Source of the DNA: an uncultured Muribaculaceae bacterium
GTDB taxonomy: Bacteria > Bacillota_I > Bacilli_A > RF39 > UBA660
Direction of reading: 5' to 3'
Assembly (NCBI GenBank): GCA_964529195.1
Contig: CAZGWM010000001.1
Coordinates: 19,294-83,293, forward strand
Length of the DNA: 64,000 nucleotides
Below are positions 28,907 through 39,692 of this stretch, one piece after another; positions within the stretch are counted from its first letter, which is position 1; each line of letters starts with the position of its first letter. The notes below the pieces were generated by a model. The model searched no databases. It worked only from the letters and a program-made list of their open reading frames with translations, and was not told the origin of the DNA. A program made the position numbers and the translations under genes.

Positions 28907-30803
28907 TAAAATTCACGACTTTTCCACTATTATATATTTTATTATTTATTTTAATATATATAGAATATTTTCCGTTTAATCCTTTTTTATTAATATATTT
29001 AGTTACATTTATTCCTTCTTCTGTTTCTTCTTCAGTAAATATATCAACGCATAGGGCAGTATATGGCTTTTTACTTACCCTTATATCATATTCTTTTAAT
29101 GTTAAGTTTTTATATAATAATACTTTAACTTTATCTTCTCTTTTAAATACTCCAGAGATAGAAATTCTGTCTCCTTCATTTGTTATTTTTATTTCTTCAT
29201 CTAAAGAATTATTACTTAATTTTAAAGTTAATTTTCTTTTGTCTATTTTTGTTTTTTCAAATGAACCAAGTGTTTTTGGAGCATTTTTTTCGTATGTATC
29301 ATTTCCATATAAATTCATCTTTTCAACTCTATAATTATTTGTATTTAATTTTATTTCAAATATTATTTCATCATTTAAAAGCTCGACAGTATCTGACACT
29401 AATTTATCAGCTCCAATTAATCCAGCTGGGGTGTTTTGTATTTGACCATCTTTATAAACTATTCCACCGGAGTGAACTATGTAATGGTTTTTATTTATAT
29501 AATCAACATCAGAAATATAAGGCGAGTAAAATGATGATCCTCTTTCTTTTCCGTATTGCCAAATTTGTTTTATTTCCATTTTATTTGTATCTATTTCATA
29601 CATCACGCCTCTAGTGTAGCTATCTTTTGCTTTTACATATTCCTCTTTTATTTTAGATTTATTATTTCCATTATCAAGTATAAAAACATATCCCTCTGGT
29701 GTGATCATAGCAGCATGCTGACTCCATTGCCACTCTAAATCACCTGTTGGTTTAAAGAAATATTTCAGGTAATCTTTACTCCAGTTTGTATTATCTCCTA
29801 TTATCCAGTTTAAATTACCTGTATCATAATCTATATTTATTACTGCATCTTGATGTCTTCCAGATAATGTTATTGAATTTGTTTTTTTATCAAACCATAC
29901 TGAGTTATTATGAAACCAATCATAATCTACCCATCCTTCACTTTTAGCATCTTCCATATTAAGTATATTTTTTAAATCTATTCTTTTTATTTCTTTTCCA
30001 GTATTTCTATCTATTTCAACTATTATATCCTCAACAGTATCACCATTAAAATCATCAGTTGAAACTAGAAGATTACCATTTTCCATTTCAAAGTAATCAT
30101 GATGATATCCACCTTTTAATGTATATTCATTATATATTTTACCTAGTAAATCCATCTCATATAAACCTGTAGTGTAGTATGGTGGATTTAGCATTCTTTC
30201 AGTACTTAGCATTAATCTACCGTTTTTTAACTTATCTATTTTCCAAACTGAATTTATATTTAAGTACCATCTAACATCACCATTTATATCATATGCTGAT
30301 GTGTAACCTTTACTTGATGGAGTAAAGAAATATAATTCATTACCTAATTTATCTTTATTTGCGTATAAGTATGTTACCTTCGCTATATTTTCAGGTAATT
30401 TATCTGTTTTAATATAAATTGTTTTTTTTACGTTATTATAACTTATAATTACTTTGTTATTTTTATCTGGATAAAGTCCATATATTGGAAGATAATGTTT
30501 TTTATTTTTTTCAAATGTATGTGTAATTGTTGTTTTATCATCTTTTCCAGTAATAGTTACTTCAGGGGCAACTTCTTCTTCTGTTTCAAATATTATAAGC
30601 GCTGTAAGTGGTGATATTTCATATGGATTTAATATTACTTTAGGATTAGTTATATTATATCCTTTTGATGTTATGTTTTTATTAATTTCTATTTGTTTTA
30701 AAACTAAATTATCTTTTAATAATATTTCTTTATTAGTATTTTTATAATTTAAATAAAATAAAGGTAGTATTATTAATATGATAATTATTATATATTTTTT
30801 CAT
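28899..30803 (-). CDS. arylsulfotransferase (ASST, PF05935-like) family beta-propeller protein, secreted or membrane-anchored
   Basis: N-terminal TM/signal; motifs resembling ASST (GGYHHDYFEMENGNLLVS, VDYDWFHNNSVWFD, ITPEGYVFILDNGNN); start at ATG 30803 after SD AAGAGGA. Confidence 0.5.
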   Translation of the reverse strand: MKKYIIIIILIILPLFYLNYKNTNKEILLKDNLVLKQIEINKNITSKGYNITNPKVILNPYEISPLTALIIFETEEEVAPEVTITGKDDKTTITHTFEKNKKHYLPIYGLYPDKNNKVIISYNNVKKTIYIKTDKLPENIAKVTYLYANKDKLGNELYFFTPSSKGYTSAYDINGDVRWYLNINSVWKIDKLKNGRLMLSTERMLNPPYYTTGLYEMDLLGKIYNEYTLKGGYHHDYFEMENGNLLVSTDDFNGDTVEDIIVEIDRNTGKEIKRIDLKNILNMEDAKSEGWVDYDWFHNNSVWFDKKTNSITLSGRHQDAVINIDYDTGNLNWIIGDNTNWSKDYLKYFFKPTGDLEWQWSQHAAMITPEGYVFILDNGNNKSKIKEEYVKAKDSYTRGVMYEIDTNKMEIKQIWQYGKERGSSFYSPYISDVDYINKNHYIVHSGGIVYKDGQIQNTPAGLIGADKLVSDTVELLNDEIIFEIKLNTNNYRVEKMNLYGNDTYEKNAPKTLGSFEKTKIDKRKLTLKLSNNSLDEEIKITNEGDRISISGVFKREDKVKVLLYKNLTLKEYDIRVSKKPYTALCVDIFTEEETEEGINVTKYINKKGLNGKYSIYIKINNKIYNSGKVVNFNE

Positions 30804-30876
30804 ATTATTCCTCTTTTCTAAGTTTAATTTAAAATAAAAAAAAAGAATAAACAATAACTTATAAGTTGAAAAAAAT

Positions 30877-31533
30877 TCAACTCATGGTTGAACTGCACAT
30901 ATTATCCATATTTATCGGAATATTATAGGAAGATATTTTATTATTACTATCGAGTGTATTAATCTGAATGAATAATTTAGAGTCTTTACATGATAGTTTA
31001 TAATCATCTATATAATAAGATAAATGTTCTAAATAATATGAAAGAGTTAAGTCTTTTTCTTTTGAAGTTGCTATTTTTTTATCTATATTTTTAAAAGATT
31101 CATATAGAGTGGATGTTATTTCTTTATATACTGTTTCATCTTGATTTCCGCAATATTCTACTTTTGATATATGAATTGTTGATTTGTTTAAAAGAGTTAC
31201 TACACTTCCATATATATTAAAGTCAGTGCAGTTTGATGTTACATTTTTAAATGTATATTTATTTTTAAAAATAAATATAGAAAGTAATATAATAATAAAA
31301 GGTATTACAATTAATAAATATTTTTTCTCTTTTTTCTTTTTTGATCCAAGTAATATATTTATATCAATATTATAGGTGTCACTTATTTTTTTTATTATTT
31401 CTATATCTGGAATATTTGTTTTATTTTCCCATTTTGAAACTGCTTGATGAGTTACATTTAACTCATCTGCTAAATCTTTTTGAGTTAGGTTATTTTTTTT
31501 TCTTATTTCTTTAATTATTTTATCAATTTCCAT
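30877..31533 (-). CDS. membrane-anchored XRE-family HTH transcriptional regulator
   Basis: HTH_3 (LTQKDLADELNVTHQAVSKWENKTNIPDIEIIKKIS) then a TM helix (LLIVIPFIIILLSIFIF) and a ~130-aa extracellular domain with several Cys. Confidence 0.65.
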   Translation of the reverse strand: MEIDKIIKEIRKKNNLTQKDLADELNVTHQAVSKWENKTNIPDIEIIKKISDTYNIDINILLGSKKKKEKKYLLIVIPFIIILLSIFIFKNKYTFKNVTSNCTDFNIYGSVVTLLNKSTIHISKVEYCGNQDETVYKEITSTLYESFKNIDKKIATSKEKDLTLSYYLEHLSYYIDDYKLSCKDSKLFIQINTLDSNNKISSYNIPINMDNMCSSTMS

Positions 31534-31632
31534 AAGATATTCCTCTTTTCAAATATATTATAACATGTAAATTTATATATTATAAATAACATTCATTTTA
31601 AAAACATGTTATAATTTTCATGAGGGAATTAA

Positions 31633-33543
31633 ATGAAAAATAAAAAGATGTTTATAATTTTTTCAATACTTATGTACTTAGAGTTAGTATATCATTTCTT
31701 TATATTTAAGACTTTTGATTTCAAAAGTTTCTTTTTTACGTTAATTTTTACTTTTTTTACATCTTATTTTATTCATTTAATAAGTAATTTATTTTCTTAT
31801 AAAATAAATAAGTATATTATGCACTTAATTATTATTCTTTTTATAATTTTATTTGAAGCTCAGTTTATTAATTATTTATTTTACGGAAATATATTATCTA
31901 TTTACTCAATTTTAAATGGTGGTCAAGTATTTGAATATTTTAATCAAATTTTAATGGTTATTTTTAGTAATTTTATTCCGGTCTTATTATTTTTACTTCC
32001 ACTTTTATATATTAAAAACATTAATAAAAAGATATTTATTGAAGATAAAGATAATTTAAATAAAATATTTAGTATTTTATTGTTAATAAGTTTATATTTA
32101 TTAACAGTTATTTCACTTAATTTTGATAAAAATAGTATGTACTCAGCTAAGAAGTTATATTTTGAAAAAAACGCTCCAAATGAAAATGTTAAAACATTTG
32201 GTTTACTAACTACAATGAAGTTAGATATTCAAAGAACTTTTATAGGATTTGAAGAAGATATAAAAGAAGAAGATATAAAAGAAGAAGAAATTATTAAAGA
32301 TGAATATAACATATTAGATATTGATTTTAATGAGTTAATTCAAAATGAAAGTAATACTAATATAAATAATATACACTCATATATAAAAAACTCCCCCGCT
32401 TCACTTAAAAATGAATATACGGGTATGTTTGAAGGTTATAATTTAATATATATTGTAGCTGAGGCATTTAGCCCGATTGCTGTTGATGAGGTGTTAACGC
32501 CTACTTTATATAAACTTTATAATAATGGTTTTAAATTTAATAATTTTTATACTCCTATTTATTATGTAAGTACTAGTGATGGTGAGTACTCTACTTTAAC
32601 TAGTTTACTTCCAAAAGAAAATGTTTGGAGTATGTCTAAATCTAGCGTTAATTATTTACCATATACATTTGGCAATATATTTAATAATTTAAATTATAAT
32701 AGTTATGCTTTTCATAACGGAACATATAGATACTATAACAGGCATAAATCACATCCAAATATGGGATATGATTTTATGGCATGTGGTAATGGTTTAAAAA
32801 TAAATTGTAAGTTATGGCCCCAAAGTGATCTAGAAATGATTGATGCTACTTTTGATAAGTACTCAGATGATGATTTATTTATGACATATTATTTAACTGT
32901 AAGTGGTCATTTAGAATATAATTTTGGTGGTAATAATATGTCTTATAAAAATAAAGATGCCGTAAAAGATATCCCTTACAGTGATTCTATTAAAGCTTAT
33001 ATGGCTGCTCAAATTGAGCTTGATAAAGCGCTTGAGAGTCTAATAAATAATCTTGATGAAAAAGGCATTTTAGATAATACAGTAATTATGCTATCAGCAG
33101 ATCATTATCCTTATGGTTTAAAATTATCTGAAATAAAAGAAAAAATGAATATTGAAAATGAAAAGTTTGATATTCATAAGAATCACTTCTTCATTTGGAA
33201 TAATAAAATGGAAAATACAATTGAAGTTAATAAATATGCCTCTAGCTTAGATATACTTCCAACTGTTCTTAATTTATTTAATATAGAGTTTGATTCTAGA
33301 TTATTAATCGGAAGAGATATACTCTCACCTGGTGATGGTCTTGTTATATTTAATGATCGAAGCTGGCTTAATGAAAATGGATTATACGATTCTTCTAAAA
33401 AAGAATTTAAAGCATTTAAAGATGTAAGTGATAATTATATAGAAAGTATTAATAATAATGTTTATAATAAATTTGTTGTTTCAAGAAATATTCTTGATTA
33501 TGATTATTATAAATTTGTTTTAGGAGGTAATGATGGAAGTTAA
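31633..33543 (+). CDS. ltaS: LTA synthase family protein (LtaS-type polyglycerolphosphate synthase / sulfatase-fold)
   Basis: Five N-terminal TM helices then an extracellular sulfatase-like domain (...YNLIYIVAEAFSP...LSADHYPYGL...); 636 aa. Confidence 0.75.
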   Translation: MKNKKMFIIFSILMYLELVYHFFIFKTFDFKSFFFTLIFTFFTSYFIHLISNLFSYKINKYIMHLIIILFIILFEAQFINYLFYGNILSIYSILNGGQVFEYFNQILMVIFSNFIPVLLFLLPLLYIKNINKKIFIEDKDNLNKIFSILLLISLYLLTVISLNFDKNSMYSAKKLYFEKNAPNENVKTFGLLTTMKLDIQRTFIGFEEDIKEEDIKEEEIIKDEYNILDIDFNELIQNESNTNINNIHSYIKNSPASLKNEYTGMFEGYNLIYIVAEAFSPIAVDEVLTPTLYKLYNNGFKFNNFYTPIYYVSTSDGEYSTLTSLLPKENVWSMSKSSVNYLPYTFGNIFNNLNYNSYAFHNGTYRYYNRHKSHPNMGYDFMACGNGLKINCKLWPQSDLEMIDATFDKYSDDDLFMTYYLTVSGHLEYNFGGNNMSYKNKDAVKDIPYSDSIKAYMAAQIELDKALESLINNLDEKGILDNTVIMLSADHYPYGLKLSEIKEKMNIENEKFDIHKNHFFIWNNKMENTIEVNKYASSLDILPTVLNLFNIEFDSRLLIGRDILSPGDGLVIFNDRSWLNENGLYDSSKKEFKAFKDVSDNYIESINNNVYNKFVVSRNILDYDYYKFVLGGNDGS

Positions 33544-34636
33544 AAATATAATGTTAAAAAGAGAAACTTTATTTAGTAAATATGCTAGCTATGAAAAAGA
33601 TGCTTATAGATTAAAACCATATAAAGAAGATATTAGGCCAACTTATTTTAGAGATATTGACCGAATTATTCATACTAAGTCTTATACTAGATATATGGAT
33701 AAAACCCAGGTTTATACAGGTGTTTTTAATAATCACATTACTAAAAGAATGGTTCATGTTCAGTTAGTATCTAAAATAGCTAGAACAATAGGACGCGCTC
33801 TTTCTTTAAATGAGGATTTAATTGAAGCTATTGGTTTAGGTCATGATCTAGGACATACTCCAATCGGTCATATTGGTGAGGAGATATTAAGTGAAATAAG
33901 CATTAAAAATAATGAAGGACCATTTATGCATAATGTTCAAAGTGTAAGGTTACTTATGGATATTGAAAATGTTAATTTAAATGTTCAAGTTTTAGATGGT
34001 ATTTTATGTCATAATGGTGAGTGGATTATAGATAAATACCAGCCCATCAGTAAAACTAAGGATGATTTTTTAAATGATTATTATTCTTGTTATAAAGATA
34101 AATCATATGGTAAAAAATTAGTTCCAATGACTCTAGAGGGATGTGTTGTTAGAGTAAGTGATGTTATAGCGTATTTAGGCAGAGATATTGAAGATGCAAT
34201 TACTCTTAAAAAGCTAGATCCATCTACTATTCCAGATGAAATTGCAAGCGTCATAGGAAGAACTAACAGTGAAATTATTAATACTATTATTTTAGATATT
34301 ATTGAAAACAGTTTAAATAAACCATATATAAAAATAAGTGATGATGTATTTAAAGCAATGGATGATTTAAAGAGTTTTAATTATACTCATATATATAATA
34401 AAGCAAATTCTAAGGAAAGGATTGATGAGTATAAAGTTATGTTTAATACTTTATTTGATTATAATTTAAATAATTTAAAAACAAATAATTTTGATGCTAA
34501 TATTTATAAAGTATTTTTAAATATTATGGATGATAATTATAATAAAAATACAACAAATGAAAGAAAGGTTATTGATTATATATCAGGCATGACCGATGAT
34601 TATTTCTTTAATGAATATAAAGAGTGCACTGTTTGA
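33530..34636 (+). CDS. HD-domain phosphohydrolase, dGTP triphosphohydrolase-like
   Basis: HD motif (MVHVQLVSKIARTIG...GLGHDLGHTPIGHIGE); 368 aa; overlaps ltaS by 14 nt. Confidence 0.7.
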   Translation: MMEVKNIMLKRETLFSKYASYEKDAYRLKPYKEDIRPTYFRDIDRIIHTKSYTRYMDKTQVYTGVFNNHITKRMVHVQLVSKIARTIGRALSLNEDLIEAIGLGHDLGHTPIGHIGEEILSEISIKNNEGPFMHNVQSVRLLMDIENVNLNVQVLDGILCHNGEWIIDKYQPISKTKDDFLNDYYSCYKDKSYGKKLVPMTLEGCVVRVSDVIAYLGRDIEDAITLKKLDPSTIPDEIASVIGRTNSEIINTIILDIIENSLNKPYIKISDDVFKAMDDLKSFNYTHIYNKANSKERIDEYKVMFNTLFDYNLNNLKTNNFDANIYKVFLNIMDDNYNKNTTNERKVIDYISGMTDDYFFNEYKECTV

Positions 34637-34812
34637 CAAATGCCTCTTTTTTTTATATAATACAAATTGCGTATTAAGGCAGAGTCTTTAGTATAAAGTA
34701 ATGTGTTTATTTGAAATAACTTAAGTAACTTAAACTGCCTTAAGGGAAAGAGATAATAAACACCCTATTTTAAAAAAAGATTATCCTTTTAAGCAAAGAA
34801 AGGAGAATATAA
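34634..34812 (+). promoter_or_regulatory. rpsD promoter plus structured ~145-nt leader (probable S4 autoregulatory leader)
   Basis: TTGACA (34634-34639), 17-nt spacer, TATAAT (34657-34662). Leader has a long-range inverted repeat TTAAGGCAG(34676-34684)...CTGCCTTAA(34737-34745), then SD AAAGGAGA. Confidence 0.5.
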
Positions 34813-35415
34813 ATGTCAAGATATACTGGACCAGCTTATAAAAAATCTCGTAGATTAGGTTTTAGTACATTAGAAAATGGAAAAGACTTAGCAAGAAGAC
34901 CTTATGCACCTGGACAACACGGAATGAGCAGAAGAAAAAAATCAAGTGAATATGGACTTCAATTAGAAGAGAAACAAAAGCTAAGATTCATGTATGGATT
35001 AACTGAAAAGCAATTTGCTAAAACATTTAAAAATGCTACCAAAATGAAAGGTATCGTTGGTGAGGATTTACTTAAATTACTTGAAAGTAGACTTGATAAT
35101 GTTGTATATCGTATGGGACTTTCAAATACAAGACGTGGTGCTAGACAATTAGTAAACCATGGTCATGTTATTGTAGATGGAACTCCTGTTGATATTCCTT
35201 CATTTAATGTTAAACCAGGCTCTGTTATTACTTTAAAAGAGAAATCTTTAAATCATCCTGCTATTAAGCAAGCACTTGAAAGTAATGTTGCAAGACCTGC
35301 ATATGTTGAGTTTGATCCTAAAAAAATGACTGGTACTTATATAAGAATGCCAGAGAGAAGTGAACTTCACGCTGATATTAATGAAGCTTTAATAGTTGAA
35401 TTTTATAACAGATAA
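34813..35415 (+). CDS. rpsD: 30S ribosomal protein S4
   Basis: [18 protein letters not shown]... uS4 N-terminus and S4 RNA-binding domain; 200 aa. Confidence 0.95.
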   Translation: MSRYTGPAYKKSRRLGFSTLENGKDLARRPYAPGQHGMSRRKKSSEYGLQLEEKQKLRFMYGLTEKQFAKTFKNATKMKGIVGEDLLKLLESRLDNVVYRMGLSNTRRGARQLVNHGHVIVDGTPVDIPSFNVKPGSVITLKEKSLNHPAIKQALESNVARPAYVEFDPKKMTGTYIRMPERSELHADINEALIVEFYNR

Positions 35416-35442
35416 AAAAGCAGAATATTTATTCTGCTTTTT
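35415..35442. terminator. bidirectional terminator between rpsD and the convergent ileS
   Basis: AAAAAGCAGAATA-TTT-ATTCTGCTTTTT, a symmetric hairpin with A/T tracts on both sides. Confidence 0.7.
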
Positions 35443-38400
35443 GTATGTCTACATTTAAGTTAAGTTCGTTTACTTCGATGTTTGTATTTAAATTTTCTTT
35501 TTTATCTATATTAAGAGCAAGTGTTTCTTCTTTTATATAGTCTTTAAATAGATCAAACATTTTTTCACATGTTGAATTTGTTTCATAATATATATTAATT
35601 CTATCTGTTATTTCAAAGTTTAATTCTTTTCTTAAATTTTGAACTTTACTTACAAATTCTCTAGCCAAACCTTCTAAGTGTAATTCTTCAGTGATTTCAG
35701 TATTTAATATTACGAAGTCATTATTATATGTACCTACATTTAATCCTTCTTTTGATGATATTTTTACTTCAACCATATTTTTATTTACTAATATTTCTTC
35801 ATTATCTAAATTAATTTTTATTTCTTTATTATTTTGAAGTTTTGTTATATCTTCACTTGTTAATTTTTCTAATTCTTTAGCAAATAAATTTATTTTACTT
35901 CCAAATACTTTACCTACTTCTCTAAAGTTTGGTTTTACTGATAAATTCATATATGTATTTAAATCATCTACATATATTATTTCTTTTACGTTTAGTTCTT
36001 CTTTTATTAATTCAGTTAGTTCATCTATTATTTTTTCATTTTTGCGATCTAAAAGTATTTCTTTGAGTGGTTGGCGAACTTTTATTTTAGATTCTTCTCT
36101 AACCATTCTTCCAATACTTATTAAGTTTCTTACAAGATCCATTTTTTCTTCTAATTTTTCATCTATTAATGATTCATCATATACTGGAAAGTCAGCTAAA
36201 TGAACAGATTCACTACCAGTTAATTTTTGGTATATTTCCTCTGATATAAATGGTGTTATAGGCGCAATCATTTTACATAAGTTAGTTAGTACTTCGTGAG
36301 TTGTTAAGTAAACTGATTTTTTAGAATTATCAAGTTCACTTCCCCAAAAACGATATCTATTTCTTCTTATATACCAGTAAGATCATATTCTTCATAACTT
36401 TTAGTTACATATTTAAGTAATGCGTGATATTTAGATAATATCCATTTATCAATATCTTCTCTATCTTCATATGGAACATCAAATTCATTTACATTTACTC
36501 CATCTGTGTTTGCATACATTTGGAAAAATGAATATGTATTTTTAAGTGGATTAAAGAATTTTGAGTATACTTCTTTTAATCCTTCATAATCAAATCTTAG
36601 TGGCATCCATACAGGTGAGACATATGGCATATAAAATCTTACTACATCTGCTCCATATTCTTCCATTAATTCAAATGGTTCGATTATGTTTCCTCTACTT
36701 TTACTCATTTTTTTACCTTCAGAGTCTACTAGTAAATCATTTACTAATACATTTTTATATGGAGCTCTTCCAGTTACAAATGTTGATATTAATAAAAGTG
36801 TATAAAACCATCCTCTTGTTTGATCTATTCCTTCACATATAAAATCAGCAGGAAATTGTTTATCAAATATTTCTTCATTATTAAATGGAAAGTGATATTG
36901 AGCAAAAGGCATTGATCCCGAGTCAAACCAGCAATCTATTACTTCTGGAACTCTTTTCATATGTTTATTACATTTAGAGCACTTTAATAAAACATCATCT
37001 ACATATGGTCTGTGAAGATCAATTGAGTTATCAATTTTATTAACTGATTTTTCAATTAATTCTTCTTTTGAACCAATCATTTCTTCATGACCGCATTCAC
37101 ATTTCCATAATGGTAGTGGCGTTCCCCAGTATCTTTCTCTTGATATAGCCCAGTCATTCATATTTTCAAGCCAGTTTCCAAATCTTTTTTCTCCAACATG
37201 TTTTGGATACCAATTTACTTTTTTATTTTCTTTTATTACTTTATCTTTTATTTTTGTTACTTCAAGATAATAACTTGGTTTTGAATAATATATTAATTGA
37301 CTTTGACATCTCCAGCAGTGTGGATAATTATGTGTTATTCTTTGTTTTTTAAATAATTTATCATTTTCTCTTAAGTATTTTATTATTTCAAGATCTGCAT
37401 CAAATACAAGCATGTCTTTCCATGGGCCTTCTGTGTAGGTTCCATCTTCTCCAACTGGATTTAAAACTGGAAGATTATATTTTCTTCCTACTTCATAGTC
37501 ATCTTGACCAAAAGCAGGAGCCATATGAACTATTCCTGTTCCATCTTCCATACTTACAAAATCAGCAAGCGTAATAAAGAATGCTTCTTTATCAGGTTTT
37601 ATAAATGGAAGTAGTTGGTTATATTTTTTATTTTCTAAATCTTTTCCTAAATAAGTATCTAAAACCTCAAAATCATCTCCTAAAAGAGTTTTAGATAGCT
37701 TTTTAGCTACAATAAAGTTATTTCCTTGTGATGATACTTTGACATATTCTTCTCTTGGATTAACTGCAAGGGCAACGTTTGCCATTAGAGTCCAAGGAGT
37801 AGTTGTCCAAACTAAAAAGTTTGCATCTAGTTCTTCTGAATAAAAGGGAACAATTACTGTATCTACTGGTACTTCTTTATAACCTTGAGCTACTTCATGA
37901 GTAGCAAGTCCAGTTCCACATCTTGGGCAGTAAGGTAATATTTTATGACCTTGATAAAATAATCCTTCTTCAAAAAATTTCTTTAAGATCCACCACTCTG
38001 TTTCGATATAATTATCATGATATGTTACATATGGATTATCCAGATCAATAAACTGTCCCATTTTGGTAGTTAGTTTAGAAAATAGCTCTTCATTTTTCCA
38101 TACACTTTCTCTACATTTTTGGTTAAACTCTGCTATTCCATATTTTTCTATATCTGATTTTGAGGTAAATCCCAATTCTTTTTCAACTTCAAGTTCAACA
38201 GGAAGACCGTGCGTGTCCCATCCTATTTTACGATATACTTTATATCCTTGCATTGTTTTATATTTACAAAATGAATCTTTTAAAAATTTTGCAAGCATAT
38301 GATGAAGTCCAGGATAACCATTTGCAGTAGCTGGGCCATCATAAAATACCCAGTATTTATCTCTGTTTTTAATTGATTTTTCGAAAATATTATTTTCTTC

Positions 38401-38469
38401 CCAGTATTTTGAGTAAGATGCTTCGACATCTTTTACTGCTTTTTTGTTTAATTCTTCATATTTTTTCAT
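35429..38469 (-). CDS. ileS: isoleucine--tRNA ligase, reading frame interrupted near 36300-36370 (track ORFs 36367-38469 and 35429-36271 lie in different frames)
   Basis: N-part has HIGH (PATANGYPGLHHM), editing-domain and KMSKS (KMSKSRGN) motifs and ends ...SYEEYDLTGI*. The C-part frame is open upstream as ...YIRRNRYRFWGSELDNSKKSVYLTTHEVLTNLCKMIAPITPFISEEIYQ (IleS anticodon-binding/C-terminal region). By alignment to IleS from memory, ~17-18 residues are missing at the junction. Confidence 0.8.
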
Positions 38470-38731
38470 ATTTCCTCCTAAAAAAAATCCATAAATTAAA
38501 GGACGAGCAAAACCCGTGGTACCACCTTAATTCATGAATTTCATGCGCTTAATTCTCGTAACGTGAGTTATTCGTTTTTTCCTTATCAGAAAAACACATC
38601 AGAAGTGATTTTTAATTATCTTATATGCTTATCTTTCACCACCTGTAAGCTCTCTTTAATACAGTTATAATTAACGTCTTCATCTCTTGCTTTGTAAAAC
38701 TAATTATATTATTTCTTTACTTTTTTGTCAA
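38470..38731 (-). promoter_or_regulatory. ileS promoter and T-box riboswitch leader
   Basis: On the minus strand: TTGACA (38731-38726), 17-nt spacer, TATAAT (38708-38703). Leader contains the T-box consensus AATTAAGGTGGTACCACGGG (RC of 38513-38532), a U8 tract, then SD AGGAGG before ATG 38469. Candidate specifier region is ...GAAAGAUAAGC... (possible AUA Ile codon). Confidence 0.75.
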
Positions 38732-38736
38732 ATTTA

Positions 38737-39645
38737 TTACTTTATTTTTCTTGTTGTAATTAAATCTGTTTTATTTAATCTTTTTGATTTAACTTTATGG
38801 GTGGTGTATGACTGACCTTCAAATATATCAAATGGTTTTTTATTTTCAATATCTATTTGATAATCTGCCAGTAATATACCTCTTTTAGATAAGTTTACAT
38901 TAGCTAAATTATCTGCAAATAAATTTACTTCATCTAGTAATTCCTCTAACATAAAGTCTTTCATTTCTTCATAATATTCTTTTAGTATTTGATCAACCAT
39001 TATATTTGATAAATCAATTATGTCATATTCCTTATCAAAAGAGTTTTTAAATAAATCACCAGGTATAAAGTTAGATTCTTTTTCATGTAGTAATCTTTTT
39101 TTAAGAATATTATAATATCTTTCTTTTGAATAAAATTTACTTCCAGTTGTTATTTCTTCTTCTCTAAAATCATTGTGATGAATGTCTATTAATCCTTCAA
39201 AGTCTCTTGTTTTTCCAAATGAAATTATTTCTCTCCAAAAGAAGTATACATCATATGGTAAAAATAACTTTAGTTTTAATAATAAACTCTCGCTTAAAAA
39301 TCTTATGTTTTTTCTATTTTTTACATATGGAAATAAAAATAGTTTAAACTGATCATATGTTAATACTTTTATAGCAGCTATTTTTAGTTCTTTTATATAT
39401 TCTGATAGTATATTTATATCAAAGCTATCTATTTTTAAAGCTCCATAATATTTCGCAGCTAAATACTGATCACCACTTGCTACTGGTGATAAAACTGTTT
39501 TATTTTTATATTTTAATACTTTGTTTTTTGATTCGCTATTTTCATTTGAAAATAATATTAATGATGAATAATTTTTACAATACGTAAACTTTTTTTCCTC
39601 CATTAAATTAATTGCGTTATTTATATCACTTTGCAGTTTTTTCAT
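38737..39645 (-). CDS. hypothetical protein (302 aa), possibly class-I SAM-methyltransferase-like
   Basis: Uninterrupted ORF with a weak Rossmann-like motif VLSPVASGDQYLAAKYYG; sits where ribF usually follows truB. Confidence 0.4.
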   Translation of the reverse strand: MKKLQSDINNAINLMEEKKFTYCKNYSSLILFSNENSESKNKVLKYKNKTVLSPVASGDQYLAAKYYGALKIDSFDINILSEYIKELKIAAIKVLTYDQFKLFLFPYVKNRKNIRFLSESLLLKLKLFLPYDVYFFWREIISFGKTRDFEGLIDIHHNDFREEEITTGSKFYSKERYYNILKKRLLHEKESNFIPGDLFKNSFDKEYDIIDLSNIMVDQILKEYYEEMKDFMLEELLDEVNLFADNLANVNLSKRGILLADYQIDIENKKPFDIFEGQSYTTHKVKSKRLNKTDLITTRKIK

Positions 39646-39692
39646 GTTATTCCCCTTAACTTGTGTGATACTTTAACATATTTAGATATTTT

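Noticed and set aside
32266-32295. 15-bp direct repeat GAAGAAGATATAAAA x2 in ltaS
   Set aside because: An in-frame duplication encoding EEDIKEEDIK in a linker region. Too short to be a mobile-element feature.
38470-38540. A canonical intrinsic terminator as the T-box expression platform
   Set aside because: I could not identify a convincing 3' arm pairing with the T-box distal half before the U-tract by eye. The mechanism is left open (the terminator may be unconventional, or regulation may be translational) rather than asserted.
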